A DNA stretch of 64,000 nt, from positions 3,162,001-3,226,000 of the forward strand of contig OX597829.1 in the NCBI GenBank assembly GCA_951406725.2, in the 5' to 3' direction. Numbering within the stretch: the stretch's first letter is position 1; the number at the start of each line of letters is the position of its first letter. The DNA is from Octopus vulgaris (Eukaryota). Below, piece by piece: positions 1 to 12,344 of this stretch. Under the pieces are notes generated by a model. That model saw only the letters and a list, made by a program, of their open reading frames with translations, searched no databases and was not told where the DNA came from. Both the position numbers and the translations under genes were made by a program.

Positions 1-800
1 TAAGGTAGAAGACAGGAACCTGATGCCATTAGGGAAATGGTCATACTTAATACATAGAAAAAGAGTCATTAGGAATTCTATATGGTGTAGCCAGTGTATG
101 CATACACAAGAAGGCAGACTTCATATGCAACAGGTACACAGGGACAATACCGAGGGGTGGGTCTCTGGGAGTAATTGGTGGCTCCTGTTACCTACTTGAC
201 TTAATTAACAGTGGGAGTCAGCGTTCTGAAAACATAGTAACCAGAGTAAGAATGTACTGGAAATAGCAACATCTCAGAGTAATGGGCAGAACGAATGTTA
301 CTTACGTATAACATACATTATCACACTTATGTATGACAGCGTTGTATGCAAGTGAGACATTAACCCTGAATGCAGATGTTTTGCAAAGACAAGATAGAAA
401 TGAAATAAGTATATTTACATTATTTACATTTGATGGATATTTGTCCTCATCTTGTTTGTTGTTAACACGTTTCGGCTGATATTACCCTCCAACCTTCATC
501 GGGTATCTTGGGGAAATTTCGAACCTAGGTTCTCATTCCTAATGTATTTTTTGATGTTGTTATTATTATTATTACTATTATTATTATTATTATTCAGGTC
601 ACTGCCTGGAATTGAACTCGGAATCTTGGGGTTAGTAGCCCGCGCTCTTAACCACTATGCCATATGCCAGTAAATAATGTAAATAATGTACATAATTCCT
701 CATCTCTTAAATACAGAACTGTGAAATAAGTATGTTCATCTGGATTGGATGTGTTATATTAGTGTATGTGAATGACAGAATTAAAACAAACTGAAAGAAA
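1..800 (+). mobile_element. Degenerate RTE-clade LINE fragment, interrupted by the 413-721 insertion
   Basis: Broken frames give IRNSIWCSQC, GSCYLLDLINSGSQRSENIVTRVRMYW and ALYASETLTLNADVLQRQDRNEISM, collinear with the RTE copy at 50651-51430. Confidence 0.65.
413..721 (-). mobile_element. tRNA-headed SINE-like element with hammerhead-like motif and inverted tail copy
   Basis: 12-bp TSD TGAAATAAGTAT (401-412 and 722-733). A box TGGCATAGTGG and B box GAGTTCAATTCC on the minus strand (~669-600). (TAA)n linker. CCGATGA-A-GGTTG..CAGCC-GAAACGTGTT at 502-462. Confidence 0.7.
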
Positions 801-2140
801 AACTGAACATGAGAAGACTTAGATTTCCACTTGCCTGACCATCATCAGTGCCAGTCCCACTATACAATAATGTGTGAAAGAAACTCTGGACTCCATCCAT
901 CTTACATCTCAGACGAAACTATGGCTGCGTCTATTGACAGAGAGCTCTTTCTGTGCCTCATTCTATAAACACTGACTTCACTCTTATTTTCAGATTCGTC
1001 CCCTTTTCTTTTTCTTCCCCCCCACCAATGAGGTACCAGTTACCACATCTAATAATACCCTCTTTTACATGGACAAAACTAACTTTCATTCCTACCTAAC
1101 AGTCTCCAACCATTACATTATCCACTCACCTGGCAAAAGTCCATCTTTAACATAGTTAGAGGCCATACACCAATGACTGGTCCTTCTCTCCAGGATCAAA
1201 AAACTACTTCAGCCCCCAACAATTATTGATGCTCTACAAAGCTCAGATGATGTTCACAATGGAGTATTGCTCTGCCTTCTAAGACAATACTATTACACAC
1301 AGTGACATCCTACATCACATCCAAAGAAGAACTACTTGGCAGATTGGCATAATGTCTCTCACAGACACATCCAAATAACCTCTGTGCCACCACAAGAGTT
1401 AAATCTTCTCATTTTGCCTTTTCTTCTATTACTGGCTTAGCCTTAACTCTTCTCTGCTCACTATGGTCGTCGTCCAGTTTGTCATACTCATCCCTCATCT
1501 TCTCATCACCACTCTTGTATCCAACCCTACCAAGCCCCACTCTCATCACTATTCCCAGCTTTCCATTTCTGAAAGGTCAGCTACTTGAAATTCTCTCTTT
1601 GCTTCTATCTTTCTTGCAAGTGTCGACTTACATAGGCTGAAGAGGAATATTAATGGCATCAGTGTCACAAATCCAGGAAAGCTGCCAAAGGCCATGGGCA
1701 CTTCCCATTCCTCAAGACCCAGCAAGTTAAAAAGAAAAAAATACTCTTTGACAGAAATTAAGAATACAATTTTAAGTAGATCACAGCAGAGGAAATGAGG
1801 CGCAGAGAAAAATGAGAATGACAAACTTCCAAAAGTAAAAATCTTTTAATCGGTGCAACATCAACTATTAGTGCTATTCTTTAAAATATAACATTGTCAT
1901 CGCCATCCACTCTTGTATCAAGTAATCAGGTTCCACTAAGAGCAATCCCTTAAGAGGAAATACCCAAATCTGGAGTAGAAATAGAGTTTGTAATCCAAGA
2001 CACGGATCCAAAGTAATGGAACATTAAAAATACTAAAACAGTGAATTACTGGAATCTTATGTTGAAACCATGATAGCGACCTTTCAGACTAACACAAACT
2101 GTACAATGGAGCAGGAAGAGAGAAATGTCAGACAAGATAT

Positions 2141-2388
2141 ACCTATTTCTTTATTACCCACAAGGGACCAAACATAGAGGGAACAAACAAGGACAGACAT
2201 AGGTATTAAGTCGATTACATCGACCCCAGTGCGTAACTGGTACTTAATTTATCAACCCCGAAAGGATGAAAGGCAAAGTTGACCTCGGCGGAATTTGAAC
2301 TCAGAACATAACGGCAGACAAAATACCGCCAAGCTTTTCACCTGGTGTGCTAACGCTTCTGCCAGCTCGCCACCTTATATATATAAGG
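2141..2388 (-). mobile_element. tRNA-derived SINE, family A (Meta-domain-like central box)
   Basis: 15-bp TSD CAGACAAGATATACC (2129-2143 and 2389-2403). B box GAGTTCAAATTCC. Central GCCTTTCATCCTTTCGGGGT. Shared with copies at 3531, 27431, 31081 and 62447. Confidence 0.85.
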
Positions 2389-3530
2389 CAGACAAGATAT
2401 ACCAAACTGACCTCGCCTGTGCTTGTGAAGTCAGAATGGTTGGTGTTAGGAAGGGCATCCAGCCATAACAAAAATCCTGTCAAAACAGACACAGGTGTAT
2501 GGTGCCTGGCCAGCTCCTGTCAAACTGTCCAACTCATGCCAGAATGAAAGGAGGACATTAAACAATGGTGATGATGATGATTTGCTAAAAGTGTGAATAT
2601 CTAGTGCAGGTGTATCACAAAGATTTTGATTATGGTAACCTTCTACTAGTATTTACTTGTTTTGTTCACCTGTAACAGTGAACAAAAATAAGGTCTTACA
2701 GTTAGAAGATCTGAACGTAAAGTTGCTATGAATCTCAGTGAGTCTCTGAAAACAAATTTTAAAGGAAACAGAATTTAAAGAATATGAATTGAAGGCCAGG
2801 GTTGGAGTGTAAATGTCCAGCTTCAAATAACAGCATTGGAAAAAATATATATAAACAAATGAGATGTGTGTATGATTTACTAGCTATGGTGGATTGGCGG
2901 AAGAAATTTTCTCAGGAAAGTCTGAAGTTTAAGATGGAAATATTTCTTCCTTTTCTGGACTCTCTCGAAACTCTGAACTCACAAAACATGCAGTTTTGCC
3001 CACTGATTGGAAATCAATTTCTTCTTTCCTTTCTTCAGTAAATTGGAAAATAATTGGTTTTGATAAATTAATTAAAAAGTGTGGACATCGGATTCATGTG
3101 TGTCTCAAGGATTTCGATTATGATAATCTTCTAAAGCCGAGCTTCACAAACACTGGTTCATGTGCCACATACAAAAATGTAATTCCAGAGAAATTTTTTA
3201 TCTTTTACTTATTTCAGTCATTTGACTGTGGCCATGCTGGAGTACTACCTTGAAGAATTTTTAAACCTTTGTACTTACTTTTTTTTTAAAACCTGGTATT
3301 TACACTATCTCTTTCACTGAACTGCTAAGTTACAGGGATGTAAACACATCAACACCGGTTGTCAAGCGGTGGTGGGGGACAAACACAAACACAAAGACAC
3401 GCACACACAAATATATATATATCTATATCTTAAAGAGATTTGTTGTGTAAAGCTAGAACAATGCAAGAGGTACAAAGAAAACTACTCTCATTTTTCCAGC
3501 CTTACACAACAAATCTCTTTAAAGTAATAC

Positions 3531-3949
3531 CTATTTCTTTACTACCCACAAGGGGCTAAACATGGAGGGGACAAACAAGGACAGACAAACAGATTAAGTC
3601 GATTAAATCGACCCCAGTACATAACTGGTACTTATTTAATCGACCCCGAAAGGATGATAAGCAAAGTCGACTTCAGCAGAATTTGAACTCAGAATGCAGC
3701 GGCAGACGAAATACCTATTTCTTTACTACCCACAAGGGGCCAAACATAGAGAGGACAAACAAAGACAGACTAAGTGATTAAGTTGAATACATCGACCCCA
3801 GTGCGTAACTGGTAATTTATTTATCAACCCCGAAAGGATGAAAGGCAAAGTCGACCTCGGCGGAATTTGAACTCAGAAATGTAACAGCAGATGAAATACC
3901 ACTAAGCATTTCGCCCAATGTGCTGACGTTTCTGCCAGCTTGCCGCCCC
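3531..3949 (-). mobile_element. Family A SINE tandem dimer (full copy plus 5'-truncated copy)
   Basis: Two head-to-tail family A units inside a single 11-bp TSD TAAAGTAATAC (3520-3530 and 3950-3960). Confidence 0.85.
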
Positions 3950-5726
3950 TAAAGTAATACCAGACAGTGCTTCACCAAAACTACCACATTTTAATATATA
4001 TATATATATATATATGGGATGAAATGGTGAGGGCTGATCTCAGAAAGTTAGAGTTCATGGAGGAAATGACAATGGACCAAGATATCTGGTGATATGAGGT
4101 TCTAGAGATGTCCTGCCTACGTCTGTGAAACTGAGTGCTGGAAGCACCGTGTTCCACCAACAGGTAACAATAAACTTTTCATACAACCTACCTGAAGACA
4201 CTGAACTACATCTTCTCTTCTAAACTGCATCTTTCTCTTTCTCACATTTCCTATGATTGTCTCCCACTCCCCTTCCCTGCCCTGACTCTCCTACTTACTG
4301 TATCTTTGCTTCCTACCCCCATCTTTATACCCAGGTTTTCATCAGTCACTGCAATCCCCACTCCCCACTCTCAACTCTCACCTTCTTGGCAATACCTGGT
4401 CACATACATTATGACCTAGTACCTTGAGGGCATGCCCTGGGTAATTGCCACCATTTATCTCTCTCTCTCTTCTCACCCTGGTATTTCAGCACCATCTCTC
4501 TCTCTCTCTCTCTCTTGCACTTTTGCTTCTCCCCATGCTCTCCTTCTTTCCCTTGCTCTTCCTTCTGACCAGGTAACCAAGTATCTCCTTTACATCAGCA
4601 CACCTGCTTCTGTCCTCTTTCTTGTACAACTCTTTCCACCTCTCTCTCTCTCTTCCCTCTCTTCCTCTCCCTCTGGTTGGGTAACCATGTACCTCCTCTA
4701 TAGCAAAACACCCGTTTCTGCCTTTCTATTTCTCTGTCACACTCTAACCTTTCATCGACTGACACAAAATCCCACCTCCTCCAATTCCCCCTCACCTCTC
4801 AAAATTCCTTGTCTTGCAAGTTTCTTGATGACCCTGCCAGTACTGGTAAAAAAAACATCCAGTCCACACCATAACGTGATTGGCATTTGGAAGGGCATCT
4901 AGCTATGAAAACCATGCCAAAAATGACCTCACCTGTGCTGGTGCCACATAAAAGGCACTAAGTCCACTCTGCAGAGTGGTTGGTGTTAGAAAGGCAACCA
5001 GCTTTAAAAACCCTACCAAAACAGACACAGTAGCCTGGGGTAGTCTTCTACCTGGTTGACTCCTATCAACCATCCTACCCATGCATGGAAGACGGACATT
5101 AAATATGATGATGATGATATATATATGACAGGCTTCTTACAGTTCTCATCTACAAAATCCACTCACAAGTCTTTGATCATCTGATGGTTATAGTAGAAGA
5201 ACAACTACTACAAAGTGCCAAGAGGTGGGACTGAACCCAGGATAATGTCATTGGGAAGCAAGCTTCTTATCACACAACCATGTTTGTTTATTTTCAAGAG
5301 TAAAACTTTGGAAGAATCATTTCACTGCACAAAGGTACAGTAGAGTTTGAACTGACTTTCACTCATGCATATGGAAAATACACACATCACACACACATTG
5401 ACTTCAAACTAATAATGAAGCAGTTCTCTGCAAAGAAATTTTGCAAATGTTTGTGTTTAACACTTAAGTGATAATAGATAATTCATTATAATTCCATAGG
5501 GTACCATTTCCATTTGCATGGAGTACAAGTTGAGTATCCTTTATATCGGGTAATTACATGTGTTTTTTTGAAAGGATATGTTGGTTAATCTTTGTTGTGT
5601 ATTATGATTTTTGTTTTATTTTGGGGTTTTGTTTGTTTCTTTAATGTCTAGGTGCTTATTTTGTGGGAAGTATCAGCAAATTTATGTTTAATCTAATTGG
5701 ATACTTAATATTTTAATTTCTGTGGG

Positions 5727-6360
5727 AAAAAAAGCACCATCTGAACGTGGCCGATGCCAGCACCGCCTTGACTGGCTTCCATGCTGGTGGCACATAAAAA
5801 GCACCATCCGAACGTGGCTGATGCCAGCGCCACCTTGACTGGCTTCCATGCCAGTGGCACGTAAAAAGCACCATCCAAATGTGGCCGATGCCAGCACCGC
5901 CTTGACTGGCTTCCATGCTGGTGGCACGTAAAAAGCACCATCCAAATGTGGCCGATGCCAGCACCGCCTTGACTGGTTTCCATGCCAGTGGCACGTAAAA
6001 AGCACTATCCGAACGTGGCCGATGCCAGCGCTGCCTTGACTGGTTTCCATGCTGGTGGCACGTAAAAAAGCACCATCCGAATGTGGCCGATGCCAGCGCC
6101 GCCTTGACTGGCTTCCGTGTCGGTGGCACATAAAAAGCACCAATCCGATCGTGGCCATTGCCAGCCTCCACTAGCACATAAAAAGTACCCACTACACTCA
6201 CAGAGTGGTTGGTGTTAGGAAGGGCATCCAGCTGTAGAAACACTGCCAGATTGGACTGGGCCTGATGCAAGCCTTCTGGCTTCCCAGATCCCGGTCGAAC
6301 CGTCCAACCCATGCTAGCATGGAGAACGGACATTAAACGATGATGATGATAATGATGATG
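5727..6360 (+). mobile_element. RTE 3'UTR-derived non-autonomous repeat (family C) with internal ~60-bp tandem array and (GAT)n tail
   Basis: About 7 units of AAAAGCACCATCCGAACGTGGCCGATGCCAGC..GGTGGCACGT (5729-6170), then GTGGTTGGTGTTAGGAAGGGCATCCAGCTG and ..CATTAAACGATGATGAT. Confidence 0.85.
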
Positions 6361-6875
6361 GATTGGCAGGTTCTATAGGTATCAAAAGAAGCCCATAATC
6401 TTGCTGAGATATGCACAGCCACTACATAGTAAGTGTCATGTCATTTAAGAAACCATCTTAGAGCAAGAATATCCAAATTCTTAAGAAGAGTTTCTTTCCA
6501 GGCTTTATACTACCAAATATAAAAATTTGATGAGCTTTCAAATCAGGGAAAATTATTGAAAATGGCACTAACTGAAGAACTCTCCCTTCAGTTTTTTGGT
6601 ACCAACCAATCCATGACTGCCTTTGCTTCTGTGATACAAACTTCCTGTTTTTAAACTTAATAACGATAAAGTTATTTCACTAAATTCTTCATTATGTTAA
6701 AAATAAATTGAAACAAAAACAGAATGGGTAAAACGTATGTTATCATTTACACCATAGCCCCAGCAGTCAAAGAATCTAGCATCAGATGAAATAAAATAAG
6801 ACTATTTTTTAAATTCTGTTTTTTAGAACTTATCATCATCATCAGCAGCAACAGCATTGTTTCAACATCTACTTT

Positions 6876-7056
6876 GGCGTAACTTCGGTATAGGTACCGG
6901 ATACATTTCAAGAAAGTGTTTTTTTTTTTTGTATATATGATGGGGTTAGGGTTAGGGTTAGGGTTTGTGTTAGGGTTAGGGGTGGGAGAAAAGGGTTTCT
7001 GTTATGTTCAGAAATGTAAACAAAGCCACTTACGGTACGTATACCGAAGGATTACC
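6876..7056. mobile_element. Merlin-like MITE containing (TTAGGG)n
   Basis: ~24-bp imperfect TIRs starting with GG (CTTCGGTATAGGTACCG / CGGTACGTATACCGAAG). 8-bp TSD TCTACTTT (6868-6875 and 7057-7064). Confidence 0.65.
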
Positions 7057-7258
7057 TCTACTTTTCTATACTTGCATTAGTTAAATGAAACTCATTGGCT
7101 AGATGTCCTTCCTGTTTCCAAGCCAGGTGATATTTCTCTCATGGCCAGAAATTATTTTACAGAAGATTGGAAGTGAAGGACAATGCTTGTACAATAACCG
7201 TGTGCATTTACAAAAACCATGCAATATCAAGACAAAGAGACACAAACATTCAACTGTT

Positions 7259-7298
<40 letters not shown>

Positions 7299-7299
7299 A

Positions 7300-8165
7300 A
7301 AGCTTGCAAGGAATGAAGCCAGTATGCTCCGATGGATGTGTAATGTCAGTGTGCATACTTGACAGAGTGTAAGCACCTTGAGAGAAAAGTTGGACATAAG
7401 AAACATCAGATGTGGTGTGCAAGAGAGACGATTGCACTGGTATGGTCATGTGTTACGTAGAGATGAGGACAGCTGTGGGAAAAAGTGTCACATCCTAGCA
7501 GTGGAGGGGACCTATGGAAGAGGCAGACCCAGGAAGACCTGGGATGAGGTGTTGAAGCACGACCTTCGTTGGAGATATGCTGTGCTTGAGAAGACCTGGC
7601 AAGCCAAGTGAGACTGTAACTGTGGCCTATGCCAGTGCAGCATAGTGAGCCCATTTAAGAGTATCCCTCAATCATTGGGCAATAAACTGCTCTTGTGAAG
7701 ACCTGTTGAAGCAAGTGAAGTCATTATCAAGTATCGCTTGATTGGCACCCATCCCAGTGGCATGTAAAAAAAAGCACCATTCGAGCATGGTCAATGGCAG
7801 TGCTGCCTGACTGGCTCCCATACCTGAGGCATGTAAAAAGCACCATTCGAGCGTGGTCATTGCCAGTGCCACCTGACTGACTCCCATACCAGTGGCACGT
7901 AAAAAGCACCATCCAAGCATGGCCGATGCCAGTACCTCCTGACTGGCCCTCATTCCAGTGACACATAAAAAGCACCCACTACACTCTTGGAGTGGTTGGC
8001 ATTGGGAAGAGCATCCAGCTGGCATTAGGAAGAGCATCCAGATCAGATTGGAGCATGGTGCAGCCTTCTGGCTCACCAGCCCTCATTCAAACTGTCCAAC
8101 CCATGCCGGAATGAAAAGCAGACATTAAACAATGACGATGATGATGATGATGATGATGATGATGA
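7300..8165 (+). mobile_element. RTE LINE 3' end running into the family C 3'UTR
   Basis: ORF ..VQERRLHWYGHVLRRDEDSCGKKC..VEGTYGRGRPRKTW, followed directly by family C sequence and a (GAT)n tail. Confidence 0.85.
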
Positions 8166-9139
8166 TATATATATATATCCTTTACCAAATCTACTCACAA
8201 GCTTTGGTTAACCCAGGGCATTTACCCAAGTTGACATGCAGTGGGATTGAACTCAAAATCATGTGGTTGCAAATTATTTTTCTTACGTTTCTAGATATCC
8301 CAATACATTGCTCTGTCTTGAGGGAATTTTTTTTTCTTTCAGATCACTCATTATTGACACCCACAACTGACCACTTATTGTCATATCACTCTCTCACTTT
8401 CTCTTCATCAATCTATCTATCTATCTATCTATCTATATCTATCTATCTATCTATTTGTCTGTCTGTCTGTTTATCTATCTGTCTGTCTTCTCTGTTTGAC
8501 TGTTTATTTGTCTGTCTCCCTGGCTATCTATCTATCTCTCTATTTACCTATCTATTTTTCTCTCTCTTTTCCACCTAAACTCTCTCTCTCTCTCTCTCTC
8601 TATTTTCATACTCTTACACCTTTCACCCAACCTTACTATTTTATTTTTTGCTTTGGTCCTTGCGATTGACCAGCTTTTGCCTTCGTGGTTCCTTCTTTCT
8701 CACAGCTTTGAGTATACGAATACATCATGAAGTAGTGACGATTCTTTAATTTTACTAAGTACAAGACAACACTACTGGTGCCACTGCCGTGACAAAGTTG
8801 GTCAGCAAACAAGCAATGATAACAGAGATTGAGGGTAGTGCCATCTTAATACATGGGTTCACTGGTCAGTTGCCCTGAGACCGCATTGGTCTGGGGGCGT
8901 CAAGGTTCTGGGGAGCCAATTCTGATCTATGCTGTGACTGCCTATCAATAAATAAATGCTATAGGGCCTAGTGAACCCATTTGCCTGGTGATGGGGGTTC
9001 TAATACTGTTAAGGTGGTCCTGGTCATCCATCTAGCAAGATGGGCAGTAATTCCAAATAAGAACTCAACCATAACAAGCTGCAGAACCCACAGAAGTAAA
9101 TGGAATGCAAACAAAACAATAATAATGATTTTCCTACAC

Positions 9140-9224
9140 TCACATATACATATATGTATAACACACAAACATATACATTCCTAGATGTATACACACATAC
9201 ACACACACACACACATATACACAA

Positions 9225-9263
<39 letters not shown>

Positions 9264-9558
9264 AATAGATATGTAGATAGATACATATATACATGCATAA
9301 ATACATATGTATACATATACATACATGTACCATATATACATATAACATACATACATGCATATATAATATATATAGGCATATATATGTATATGCACATACA
9401 TATACGTATATATACACATATATATGCATGCCTATATGTATATATACATACATATATATATACACACATTCATATATGTACATACATATATGTATGTATA
9501 TACACAAGCATATATGTATATATGTACATATATGTGTATATGCTTGCATATACATAAT

Positions 9559-9602
<44 letters not shown>

Positions 9603-9632
9603 AAGCATATATATGCATATATATATATATAA
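9140..9632. repeat. Compound (TA)/(CA)/(TACA) microsatellite
   Basis: Direct reading of the sequence. Confidence 0.95.
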
Positions 9633-10054
9633 AGCATAAACAAATACACTGAAAATTAATGTGAAGAGAAGGTGTGATGTTTACTTATGTGGGAGGCGTG
9701 TAAGACACCTCTTCTTTTGCTTTGCTGTAAACAAATCGAAATGGCCAGCTAATTACATGAACATATAGTGAGATGTTTAACCAAAGAAACAAGACACTAA
9801 TATAAAATGATATTAACTAAAACATATTTGTACACATGTGTAACTCAATATAATATAGTCATGGAATAAGATTAAAGTCCAACATAGATATAAATACAAA
9901 GCAATACATAAGTCAAAGCAAATACAATATAATTTAATAAAGTGTTAGCATTATATAAGGCATATTATAAAAATAATATACAACAATATCATAGAAAAAT
10001 GTAATGCGATCTAAGACTGTATAACAAAACAATATAGTATTAAGTAACATCATA

Positions 10055-10180
10055 TGATATAGTATAATATAAAATAATATAATATAAGATAAGATAATAT
10101 AATATAAAATAATATAATATAAAATAGTATAATATAAAATAATATAATATAAAATAATATAATATAAAATAATATATTAT
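10055..10180. repeat. (AATAT)n / 17-bp AT minisatellite in USP intron 1
   Basis: Repeated AATATAATATAATATAA units. Confidence 0.9.
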
Positions 10181-10238
10181 TTATTGATGTAGTATAGTAA
10201 GTATTAATGATGTAAAGAAAATATTTCGTATTACTTAC

Positions 10239-10332
10239 ATTCCCAAGCGAAATCCGAACATTCGCTTTCGTCAATTGCCAAAACAACCGTTCTTAGTTGT
10301 TCTTTTTCCGCCGGTTTTTTCTCAAATGCCAT
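10239..10332 (-). CDS. First coding exon of a universal stress protein (USP/UspA-like) family gene; downstream exons not found in this window
   Basis: ATG at 10332 reads MAFEKKPAEKEQLRTVVLAIDESECSDFAWE plus 1 nt, then a consensus GTAAGT donor (10238-10233, phase 1). RTVVLAIDESECSDFAWE matches the USP beta1-alpha1 motif (R-x-V-L-I-A-V-D-x-S-x-x-S-x-x-A-x-x-W). The sequence is non-repetitive and retains CpG. Confidence 0.8.
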
Positions 10333-10460
10333 TCTTATTTGAAGAAGGGAATGTGGTAAGTAAGGAAATCACCAAAACAAACTGACCCGCGCGTACTACG
10401 ATGGAAATTGCGACAAAACAAGACCAGGTCTTCCGTGTAGTTCCTTTCTTCTTTTGATCG
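10333..10460 (-). promoter_or_regulatory. Putative 5'UTR/core promoter of the USP-like gene
   Basis: Unique CpG-rich island (ccgcgcgt, ttccgtg) just upstream of the ATG. The minus strand contains GGAACTACA-CGGAAG, an ACTACA-type motif next to an ETS-like CGGAAG. Confidence 0.4.
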
Positions 10461-11131
10461 TTAGAGAGAGAGGAGAGAGAAAAAAAAGACAAAAACAAAC
10501 GAATGAATGAATAGGTTTTTGAGTGGTTTTGAATGAATGAAAGAAAGAAAGAAGAACGAATTTGTGAGTAGAAAACGATTTCAATGAATAAATAAATTAG
10601 TAATTGAAAGAAAATAAAATGAATGAATGAAGAAAGTAGTGTTTCTTACATTTATATGTAAAATAATAATAATTATTATTATTATATTAACAATTCATAG
10701 TATGCCAAACAATAAAATATAGAATGTATAATGTTTGTTTATGGTGATGGTGGCGATTAGGATGGTATGTTTTTAATACTGTTCAAATACAAGATGTTGT
10801 TGTTGTCGTTGTTGTTGTCCTTTTTGTGCCTGCAATCCGTTTCCTGATTTTTAAAGATTTCTACCTTGTTTTCCTGCTTTTCTGTTTTACGATATAGTCT
10901 TCTTTATTATGAACGGGCAAATATATATATAGGTATATATACAAGTAGATAGATAAATATAGATGTAATGATATTGATAGATAGATGATGTTGTGTGGTC
11001 TTTATAGGCTTAGAAAGGGATAGATGCTAAGGTCCGTATAAGAAGCGAGGTATATAGGATGAAGGTTATAGTCTGTGTATATAATACCTATCCATAGATA
11101 GGTATTATAGAGAGATGTTGTGGCCTAAATG

Positions 11132-11226
<95 letters not shown>
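11132..11226. repeat. (GATA)n microsatellite
   Basis: Direct reading of the sequence. Confidence 0.97.
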
Positions 11227-12214
11227 GGCGTGGTTTATATAAATAAAGACAGATATAAAAACTGTGGGTTTATAAAGATAAGATATAGATAGACGTTGTG
11301 GCTACTGTTTACGTACACATCTACAAATATATAAGGTAGTACACGTGCAACTGTGTGTTATTTCATGCTAAAATTATCTGCAATGCTGAGATTTCATGTC
11401 GCTTGCCTCCGCATCACTCTCTCCTTATACTCACTCTTATTGACTCTTCCTCCTTCTCTCTCCCCCTCTCTCTCCCTCTCTCTTTCTCTTTCTCTCACTC
11501 ACTCTCTGTAATATACATATACATATATATACATATATATATATATATAGATTCAATTCTATCTCTATTCGCTTTGTGTCTTTCTATCTCTTTCAATTCT
11601 CCTATCTACCTTTTTACTCTTTTACTCTGTCTTGAATCTTCCTCGCTTTCCTTTCTTTCTTTCTTTTTTTCTTAGTATTTTAAAAGATTTGTTTTTCTAT
11701 ATCATATTCTGCTGTTTTTACTTTTCCCAACTATGGCTCCTTGCTCCTAATTTTACACACTAACATAATACATACGCATAAATGCAAACGTACACATACA
11801 CATACATATAAATACATACACACGCATATATACGCACATGTACACACACATACATGCGTACATATGCACACACATGCATCCATACATATACATATTACGC
11901 ATACATGTATATACATATACACATATGTAAAATACGCACATATATATATACATATACATACATACACATATATACACATAATTCTTACATATATATATAC
12001 ACACACGGACACATACATACACACATATACACATAAATTATTGGCATAATAATGGTATTCTTCTTTAATGCCATGCCATTCTGCAACATGGAATATATTC
12101 TATAATATATATATGTACCTATGGATTTTTGTTGCCAACATTTGTATATAATGACTGATTTTAATGCCGTAAATTTACCTACAATAACTTCACAGGTAAA
12201 TAAGAGCTGTTTCA

Positions 12215-12256
12215 GCTGAACTGGTTTCACACCTGTGTTCAGATGTCATCAACAAC
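12215..12256 (-). ncRNA. Minimal hammerhead-like motif (C3U)
   Basis: GUUG-UUGAUGA-CAUCUG(AACA)CAGGUG-U-GAA-ACCAGU-U-CAGC; stems I and II pair. Confidence 0.5.
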
Positions 12257-12344
12257 AGCATACTTTCTTTGACATTGGAGACATGTATAATACACTTTGG
12301 ATAACAAGTGTTTTCTACCACCCATAGCCTCAGGGAGGAACCTA

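Noticed and set aside
306-365. Candidate USP exon 2 on the minus strand (AG/GT bounded, 60 nt, WLMSHLHTT..)
   Set aside because: It lies antisense within a recognisable RTE RT fragment (ALYASETLTL on +) and lacks the USP LxHV motif.
597-669. tRNA gene (also the tRNA-like heads at 16360, 17627, 25952 and 53677)
   Set aside because: No complete cloverleaf or acceptor stem, and each is fused to a repeat body; these are SINE heads.
5729-6170. CRISPR-like regularly spaced array
   Set aside because: The units are tandem copies without unique spacers, there are no cas genes, and the context is a eukaryotic RTE 3'UTR.
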